A DNA stretch of 64,000 bases. Origin: Minisyncoccota bacterium (lineage in GTDB: Bacteria; Patescibacteriota; Minisyncoccia; Minisyncoccales; CSSED10-335). The notes beneath the pieces are model-generated. The model was not told the origin of the DNA and did no database searches. It worked only from the letters and a program-made list of their open reading frames with translations. The first letter of the stretch is position 1. Each line of letters starts with the position of its first letter. A program made the position numbers and the translations under genes. The stretch lies in assembly GCA_028701035.1 (NCBI GenBank), contig JAQVRO010000001.1, positions 5,497-69,496 on the forward strand, in the 5' to 3' direction. Positions 57,850 through 64,000 of this stretch are shown here, one piece after another.

Positions 57850-59547
57850 TTATTTGGTGGTCCAGGTGGGGCCGTCTCCAACAGGTAAGAGGGTTCCGTG
57901 GTTGTCGTTTCCGCTTCTGTCGTAGGCGGTTTCGCCTTGACCTTCGTTTAATGGCCAGTGGCCAACGAGGCCGTTTCTGATATCGTAGCCTTTGTAGAGT
58001 TGCTCTACTTCTTCTGCAGAGAGAGCTCGGTTGTATATACGGACATCGTCGATAAGACCGTCCCAAAAATAAATATCAATACCCCCCACTCTTAAAGGTC
58101 CTACTATATCAATACTTGTAGAATCGACCCTACTTCCTATAAAAGAATTGTCAATAAATAGATTTGCATTAGATCCATTTCTAGAAAAAAATAAATAATG
58201 CCACTCTCCATCATTGTAATTCTCAGTTGTTGTTATTCTATTCGTACCTCCCCCCATCCAATAAACCCAAACTCCGTAAGGCTCATTATTAAAATTAAAA
58301 GATATATTATTAGCACTATAACTTGATCCAAAATTTAAAGCATGCATCCTCTTATTTGATATTTCGCTTTTAAACCAGAAACCAACCGAAAGATTATTTG
58401 TCCCAAAATCCCAGGCAGAATCATTCGGAATATTCGCATAATCGTTAGTGCCGTCGAAGTTTAGGGCGATTTCGGGGGCGCCGGTGGAAACTTCTTTGGT
58501 TTCGTCTTCAGTGGATTTTAAGGAAATGTTTTTGGTGACGGGGTTTTGCCAAATGGTATATTTGCTAGAATATTCGTAGTTGTATAGGTCTTGGATTTCT
58601 TCTGCTGATAGTGCTCGGTTATAGATGCGGACATCGTCGATAAGACCTTCCCATGACTGAGTTGTACTCCCTGGAAGGACTTGCCCAAATACATCATTTT
58701 CAGTATTATCGCCTAAAGTATCCAGAGATCCTGTTTCAGTTCCAGTTAAATTGCCATTTTTATAAGCTTTATAGGTTGTGCCATTTTTTACCCATGTAAT
58801 GTGTGTCCACTCATTTTCGGAGATAGTTCCAAAGTTTCCTCCTGTCCAGATGTCAATCCAATTACTGCCGGAGCCACTATAAAAAGAAATATTCTCTCCG
58901 TATATACCGACATAAAGAACCCCTTCCTTAGAAAATACTCTGTGATGTCCTGATGAAATTGGAGTCTTTACCCATGCTCCCAAAGACACCTCTGTTAAGT
59001 TGCTAGGGATTTTTACATCTCCTAAATCAATATAATCGTTATCTCCATCAAAATCTAAAGCTTCGCCCATTTTACCATCTACCCATGTAGGCCCATTAAA
59101 CAAAGTCCCATGGTTTTCGTTGCCACTGGCGTCATAGGCAGTTGTTCCACTTCCCTCGTCGAACTTCCAGTGTCCAACAAGCCCATCGGTAATATTACTT
59201 CCAGATATACTTCCCTCTTTTGGATCAACTAAATACTTACTTAAGTAGTTTGGTTTTAAGCAATCATACAAGTCATACTCTCCTGGGCCTGTGCCGATTG
59301 CAGTAAACTTATCTTGTGGAAGTGGTCCACTAGGACAATTCCAACCTCTATCGTTTTTTACTTTCTGTTGCACAGAGAGTAATATACTATTTAAATCTGA
59401 TTCTCTTTGAGAATCTCTTTGCGCTTTGATTTTTCCTACTGGGTCTACTGCTACCACAAAGAAAACTCCAAATATTATCATAACGCCAACGACAATCAAT
59501 AGCTCTATATATGTAAACCCTTTTGTTTTGTATAAATATTCTTTCAT
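57850..59547 (-). CDS. pilin-like protein with type IV pilin N-terminus and two LamG (concanavalin-like, Laminin_G_3) domains. The 3' end appears truncated by REP insertion.
   Basis: KGFTYIELLIVVGVMIIF. Two copies of GLVGHW..EGSG..AYD.SGN.NHGTL....W.......DFDG.NDY and LIDDVRIYNRALSAEE. The gene ends ...GPTWTTK, and its TAA stop is the first triplet of the REP tail. Confidence 0.7.
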   Translation of the reverse strand: MKEYLYKTKGFTYIELLIVVGVMIIFGVFFVVAVDPVGKIKAQRDSQRESDLNSILLSVQQKVKNDRGWNCPSGPLPQDKFTAIGTGPGEYDLYDCLKPNYLSKYLVDPKEGSISGSNITDGLVGHWKFDEGSGTTAYDASGNENHGTLFNGPTWVDGKMGEALDFDGDNDYIDLGDVKIPSNLTEVSLGAWVKTPISSGHHRVFSKEGVLYVGIYGENISFYSGSGSNWIDIWTGGNFGTISENEWTHITWVKNGTTYKAYKNGNLTGTETGSLDTLGDNTENDVFGQVLPGSTTQSWEGLIDDVRIYNRALSAEEIQDLYNYEYSSKYTIWQNPVTKNISLKSTEDETKEVSTGAPEIALNFDGTNDYANIPNDSAWDFGTNNLSVGFWFKSEISNKRMHALNFGSSYSANNISFNFNNEPYGVWVYWMGGGTNRITTTENYNDGEWHYLFFSRNGSNANLFIDNSFIGSRVDSTSIDIVGPLRVGGIDIYFWDGLIDDVRIYNRALSAEEVEQLYKGYDIRNGLVGHWPLNEGQGETAYDRSGNDNHGTLLPVGDGPTWTTK

Positions 59548-59551
59548 ATTA

Positions 59552-60799
59552 TTAATATGGTTTTGTACTTTCGTATAATAACTTTACTTCGCTTGGAGAC
59601 AAAGCTCGGTTGTATATACGAACATCGTCGATTTGTCCGTTGAAATAATCGACCAGAGAAGACCCGATTAACAATGGATAATTATTATTTATATTATATG
59701 GCCCTGTGCCTGTTTTTCTGATTGTTGTTAGTGACTTAGACTCCCCATCAACATAAACATAATGATTATCCCCTTTTCTTATAGCAACAACATTGTGCCA
59801 ATTACCATCTATAATGTCATCAGTTGTATACAGACGCACTTCATTGTCTGTGTCAGCTCGAACCCACCAACTTATTTTTTTTGATTCACTATGAACTCCA
59901 CCGAATGTCACTGTACCAATATAAATACTAACAAAATTGTATGGATCTATGGACTGTCTTTTTAATACAAGGCCCGCTATCTGGTCATTATTCAGTGCTA
60001 AAAACCATAACGATATTGACAAATCACTTATATTTGGTCTTAATTCAGGAGTATCTCCAATCTCCACATAATCCCCAACTCCATCAAACTCCAGTGCTCT
60101 ATCTTCTTCAAAAAACCTATTCTCCGACCAATCTGGTGCTCCAACTAATGTTCCATGATTATCGTTTCCACTAAAGTCATAGGCTGTTAGTCCTTTACCT
60201 TCGTTAAATGTCCAGTGGCCTACAAGTCCATCTGTTAAAAGCTTATCCGAAGGCTTTGAATTCTTGGCTCTTAAAGTATAAGCAGATATGAATTGGTCTG
60301 AAAAGTCATATTCTGGATAATTCTGCGGATTATAATACGAGGCTCCAATGGTTATTTGTACCGAACCAGGATCTTTAGGAAGACCAACATTTCTAAAGGT
60401 AAGACTATCAATCACTATACTTGATGCTGTTATTTTCTCCTGAGGATAACCTGCCACCTTCATTACAATAGCTCCGTCTTCAAGCCAAAAGAGAACTGGA
60501 TCGTTTTCATTGTTTGTTCTAAGCCATAACATATTTCCTGTTCTACCAGGTAATACTATCGTATCTGCATTCCTTATCTCTGCACCAATCTTTTGCATTG
60601 CAAAACGAACATTGTATGTTACCTCTTCTACAATTTCAGAATTAGAACTAGATGATAAAACATTGACTGCAATACCACCCATAGCCAAAAGAATACCCGA
60701 AAGAAGAAATGTATAAACAAGAAACTCAATAAAAGTAAAGCCTCTCTCCCTTTTCTTATTTAAATTATATTCTTTTAGAATCATAGTATTACCTAACAA
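59552..60799 (-). CDS. pilin-like protein with LamG domain (paralog 2)
   Basis: RGFTFIEFLV prepilin motif. GLVGHWTFNEGKGLTAYDFSGNDNHGTL...FDGVGDYVEIG...IDDVRIYNRALSPSEV. Confidence 0.7.
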   Translation of the reverse strand: MLGNTMILKEYNLNKKRERGFTFIEFLVYTFLLSGILLAMGGIAVNVLSSSSNSEIVEEVTYNVRFAMQKIGAEIRNADTIVLPGRTGNMLWLRTNNENDPVLFWLEDGAIVMKVAGYPQEKITASSIVIDSLTFRNVGLPKDPGSVQITIGASYYNPQNYPEYDFSDQFISAYTLRAKNSKPSDKLLTDGLVGHWTFNEGKGLTAYDFSGNDNHGTLVGAPDWSENRFFEEDRALEFDGVGDYVEIGDTPELRPNISDLSISLWFLALNNDQIAGLVLKRQSIDPYNFVSIYIGTVTFGGVHSESKKISWWVRADTDNEVRLYTTDDIIDGNWHNVVAIRKGDNHYVYVDGESKSLTTIRKTGTGPYNINNNYPLLIGSSLVDYFNGQIDDVRIYNRALSPSEVKLLYESTKPY

Positions 60800-61892
60800 C
60801 TTCTATTCTGCCTTGACGACCAACATTAATTTTAACAGAATCGCTACCGTCACTTAGCTCAATAATATTATCATCTACACCATCAAGCCCAGATTCATAT
60901 ATCAACCTTATTTCTTCCGCTGTAAGAGCACGATTGTAGATGCGGATGTCGTCAATAGAGCCGTTAAAAAATTGAGCGTAACCAGATAACGAACCAAGAT
61001 AAAGATTGGCACTTCCCCAATTATTCATGGTTCCACTAAAGGCTATAGTAGCTACCTGCATTCCGTCTATATATAAAAATTTATTCGTTCCGTTCCAGAC
61101 CCCTACCACATTGTGCCAATTTCCATCATTATAAGTTAATGGTGAAGTTAAAGTATTTGAATTGCCCGTATCCGTTAGAGTATAAAACTTTATAATATTA
61201 TTAGTAGAATCATCAACGCCAATAGCGTAACTACTATGAGAAGTATCTAAACGACGAAAGATAAAACAGCGAGTATTTTGAGAAGTATTAAATTTTATCC
61301 ATTGCGATATTGAAACTTGTGTTGTAATTGAATCTAAGCTTGTTCCACTTCCGCAATTCACATAATCGTCTGTTCCATCGAAATCTAGCGCCCCGCCAAC
61401 CTTACCATTTGCCCATGTAGGATCGTTAACCAAAGTTCCGTGGTTCTCCTGACCACTTAAATCGTGTGCTACGCCTCCCTCCCCTTCGTTCATTGTCCAA
61501 TGACCAACCAAGCCCTCAATTTGGGGTTTACCGCTATTATCAAAAACAATCTCTGGAGCTCCAGCAATAGTTATGTCTGAATAAAGTTCAAACACTTCGT
61601 CATATAAAGGATCTCTTTCTTCATAAGAGTTACCTTTAAAAGATGTATATGTTTCTGGTGTAAAATATACTCCCCAAAGGCTATCATCTCTACCTTTCAT
61701 TGACTTTGCCTGTGTTTGTCTTAAAACACTTAATAACTGAGAAGCTTCTTCTTCAACGGATTGTTTTTTTAAAGAACCAAAGCTTATTGGTATTGTCATA
61801 GCTGACAACATTGCAATCATTGAAACAACAAGCATAAGCTCAATGAAAGTGAACCCTTTTTGTCTTTTGCTTTTTTTTATAATCCAAAACAT
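60789..61892 (-). CDS. pilin-like protein with LamG domain (paralog 3)
   Basis: KGFTFIELMLVVSMIAML. GLVGHWTMNEGEGGVAHDLSGQENHGTL...FDGTDDYVNCG...IDDIRIYNRALTAEEI. Confidence 0.7.
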   Translation of the reverse strand: MFWIIKKSKRQKGFTFIELMLVVSMIAMLSAMTIPISFGSLKKQSVEEEASQLLSVLRQTQAKSMKGRDDSLWGVYFTPETYTSFKGNSYEERDPLYDEVFELYSDITIAGAPEIVFDNSGKPQIEGLVGHWTMNEGEGGVAHDLSGQENHGTLVNDPTWANGKVGGALDFDGTDDYVNCGSGTSLDSITTQVSISQWIKFNTSQNTRCFIFRRLDTSHSSYAIGVDDSTNNIIKFYTLTDTGNSNTLTSPLTYNDGNWHNVVGVWNGTNKFLYIDGMQVATIAFSGTMNNWGSANLYLGSLSGYAQFFNGSIDDIRIYNRALTAEEIRLIYESGLDGVDDNIIELSDGSDSVKINVGRQGRIEVVR

Positions 61893-61904
61893 ATTTTAGT
61901 GATA

Positions 61905-64000
61905 TTAACGGTTAACATGATACTCTAAACCTCTTTGGTACAAAAACTTTATTTCGTCTTCTGTGAGAGCACGGTTGTAGATGCGAACATCGTCTATAAG
62001 GCCGTTAGTATAATCAACATTAGCCTGATCTCTTTTTCCGATCCATAAGTCATCATCACCAGCAACAACTGCTTTAGGTGTTCCAGAATAAGAACCATTA
62101 ATATATTGTCCATCTATATAAAGCGATAACGTAGTTCCACTCCAAGTCATCATATAATGATGCCAATTATTATCTTGTAGAACTGTATGTCTTTTGTAGT
62201 AACCATCACTCGCCATCATGTCTATCGTTCCGTTATTATGGGATGAATAATAAACCTGATAACCTTCTAATTGATCATGGTTTGCATTCTTTTTCGAAAT
62301 CATGAAACTGCTGTCTATTCCAACTGTTCCTTGAAATTTACTCCACAATGATATTGATAAATCGCTATCTAGCGCCAAACTCGCATCATTTCCCACATCC
62401 ACATAATTTCCGACTCCATCGAAGTCCAAAGATTTGTCGTGGCGGCCATCTACCCATCTAGTGTATCTTATGATAACAATGCCAGAACCACCAGAACCAC
62501 CATCTCCAATGGGAGTAGTGTCGCTATGAGCACCTCCTCCTCCTCCACCACCACCTGTATTGGACAAAGCATCTTCTCCTTTCTGTTCTTCACTACTTGA
62601 AGTGTCATATCCATCACCTCCGTCACCACCACCTCCAGATCCTCCCTCCCCAGGGTTAACTCTATCTATAGTGGCATCGTTTCCCCCAATTGCACCACCT
62701 CCACCACCTGCGAACCAACCATATTCTCCATAATTATCTCCGAAAGTATGACCAAAATAAAGACCGTCTCCACCATCTTGAGCAACTGTTCCATCTGAAG
62801 AACCTCCTGGTTCTGAAGCACCTCCACCACCTGCCGAACTACCACCAGGACCATAATAATCCCCCCCCTTATTTCCTTGATTAAGGGTTCCTGCGCCACC
62901 CTCAACAGGATGATCAACATGCCTTGCACCTCCTCCACCGGATCCTCCACTATGTGGACTATTCTCAGAGATATTGTCAATGCTTGCACCCCTTCCACCC
63001 CCTACTGCTACAAGTGTATCGAATACTGAATTTTCACCATCTTGAGGAGCAGTGTCATTGTACCCACCTGCCCCGCCGTCACCGACATTAATTGAGATAC
63101 TACTTCCTGAGACTACATTGTATGAATCATCGAAAATCAACCCTCCAGCTCCTCCGCCGCCGCCGGCAGTATGATGATAGGTGCCACCATTATTAAGTCC
63201 ACCTCCTCCGCCGCCGCCGACAACAAGAACATCTACTTCCGTTACTCCTTCTGGCACAGTCCAGGTGTGACTACCTACTGTGGTAAAAGCTTCTATACCA
63301 ACATACTTTCCTTTAGAGCCACCTCTCTTGGCTCCATAAATAGTGCCATGATTATTATTCCCAGAACTATCAACAGCTAAATCACCAAATGTTTCATCCA
63401 TATCCCAATGACCGACTAAACCATCTGTGATGTTTTCTGTTTCGTTATAAAGTTTTTGAATTTCTGTTTCTGACAAAGCTCGGTTATAAATGCGGACATC
63501 ATCAATGAGACCATCAAAAAAACTAATCCAATCGCTACCGTTATACCTGCCCCCTATAGTAAAATAATTAGCGCCTTTTTTTAAAGTAGAATCTGATATT
63601 ATAGCACTATTTACAAAAACTCCATCAACATAAATACTGGCTTCTTTGGTAGAGCTATCAAACACACCAACAAAATGAATCCAATCATTAGTTTTTGAAA
63701 TTCCAGAACTAATCTCATAATAACCAGTGCTATCTCTAACAAGAAAAATAAACTCTCCACTTTCATTTATTCTTAAATCATACTGCTCCATTGAATTCTG
63801 TGCTCTTCCAGCGATAATAGTCCATGTATTCGGAACAGTATTTGCTTTTACCCAAGACGAAATAGTAACAGATCCATCTACTTCTGTTTCTGAAGAAGCT
63901 CCCATTGTCACATAATCGTCCACTCCGTCAAAATCTAAATATGATTCTCTATCGTCCGATGCCTCGTTATAAACAGCAGTGCCTCTGCCCTCATTCATTG
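61905..64000 (-). CDS. LamG-domain protein with a long Gly-rich low-complexity region (paralog 4), 5' end off window
   Basis: The ORF is open to the window edge. Three LamG-like modules (LDFDGVDDYV..IDDVRIYNRALSETEI; GLVGHWDMDETFGDLAVDSSGNNNHGTI; LDFDGVGNYVDVG..IDDVRIYNRALTEDEI). G-rich 62450..63260 with a G8 tract. Confidence 0.6.
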   Translation of the reverse strand, partial: MNEGRGTAVYNEASDDRESYLDFDGVDDYVTMGASSETEVDGSVTISSWVKANTVPNTWTIIAGRAQNSMEQYDLRINESGEFIFLVRDSTGYYEISSGISKTNDWIHFVGVFDSSTKEASIYVDGVFVNSAIISDSTLKKGANYFTIGGRYNGSDWISFFDGLIDDVRIYNRALSETEIQKLYNETENITDGLVGHWDMDETFGDLAVDSSGNNNHGTIYGAKRGGSKGKYVGIEAFTTVGSHTWTVPEGVTEVDVLVVGGGGGGGLNNGGTYHHTAGGGGGAGGLIFDDSYNVVSGSSISINVGDGGAGGYNDTAPQDGENSVFDTLVAVGGGRGASIDNISENSPHSGGSGGGGARHVDHPVEGGAGTLNQGNKGGDYYGPGGSSAGGGGASEPGGSSDGTVAQDGGDGLYFGHTFGDNYGEYGWFAGGGGGAIGGNDATIDRVNPGEGGSGGGGDGGDGYDTSSSEEQKGEDALSNTGGGGGGGGAHSDTTPIGDGGSGGSGIVIIRYTRWVDGRHDKSLDFDGVGNYVDVGNDASLALDSDLSISLWSKFQGTVGIDSSFMISKKNANHDQLEGYQVYYSSHNNGTIDMMASDGYYKRHTVLQDNNWHHYMMTWSGTTLSLYIDGQYINGSYSGTPKAVVAGDDDLWIGKRDQANVDYTNGLIDDVRIYNRALTEDEIKFLYQRGLEYHVNR

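Larger units (their letters stand above)
56864..57851 (-). mobile_element. REP/RAYT unit. Composed of REP palindromes (56879..56899, 56930..56950), the RAYT gene, a 5'-UTR REP (57654..57706), a promoter cassette (57749..57776) and a distal REP (57799..57851).
   Basis: HuH transposase gene flanked by inverted copies of the same palindrome family. Confidence 0.6.

Noticed and set aside
57845-58066. 73-aa Arg-rich plus-strand ORF
   Set aside because: Lies antisense within the GC-rich 3' end of the pilin-LamG gene. Its composition (R-rich) is the typical artefact of reading a GC-rich segment in the wrong frame.
57850-58660. Possible diversity-generating retroelement (template/variable repeat pair) at the C-terminus of the LamG pilin
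   Set aside because: The two similar segments (57990..58070 and 58580..58660) differ at mixed positions rather than adenine-specific ones. No reverse transcriptase gene is present in the window. The similarity is explained by paralogous LamG modules.
62666-62998. His/Val/Gln-rich ORFs on both strands inside the Gly-rich region (62666..62998 minus, 62690..62884 plus)
   Set aside because: Alternative frames of the GGN-rich Gly repeat of the 61905..64000 gene. No independent support.

Overview
This 64-kb window comes from a low-GC (about one third GC), gene-dense bacterial genome that uses the standard genetic code. Gene content suggests an ultra-small Candidate Phyla Radiation (Patescibacteria, Parcubacteria-like) lineage. 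Supporting features are a fragmented ribosomal-protein cluster, the absence of rimM, the absence of rplA next to rplK, pilin-like proteins carrying laminin-G domains, and a dprA-yraN-comM DNA-uptake cluster. Most genes lie on the minus strand; a plus-strand block (bactofilin-like gene, dnaE, a membrane protein, miaB-like, miaA) spans about 15.8 to 23.2 kb. Housekeeping content covers ribosomal proteins, translation and transcription factors, nucleases, replication proteins, cell-shape and envelope genes, metabolic enzymes and a P-type ATPase. I modelled eight tRNAs by hand: Val-CAC, Trp-CCA, Thr-GGT, Tyr-GTA, Asp-GTC, Met-CAT, plus a GC-rich tRNA-like element I could not fold. The accessory part (about 48.2 to 64 kb) holds a type IV pilus and competence island. 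It contains a pilin, a PilM-like fusion, a 992-aa coiled-coil protein with near-identical internal tandem repeats, dprA, yraN and comM. It ends in four tandem pilin-like genes with LamG domains, the last running off the window. The most distinctive finding is a family of REP-like palindromes (core TTAAGGNGCY-N-RGCNCCTTAA plus a third half-site tail ACCTCCTTAATTT) with a REP-associated tyrosine transposase (RAYT, HuH/Y1 family). Copies of the palindrome flank the RAYT gene, lie inside its coding sequence, abut (and apparently truncate) the first pilin-LamG gene, and occur at two other intergenic sites. A conserved, near-consensus sigma70-type promoter cassette (TTGCAA-16-TATAAT) accompanies the element upstream of both the RAYT gene and the coiled-coil gene. 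Other notable items are a membrane-anchored Clp/Hsp100-like ATPase with a degenerate first AAA domain, homopolymer tracts inside surface-protein genes, a perfect 20-bp palindrome upstream of rpmF, and def starting 2 nt after tRNA-Trp. Everything was read by eye from the sequence and ORF track; no searches were run.
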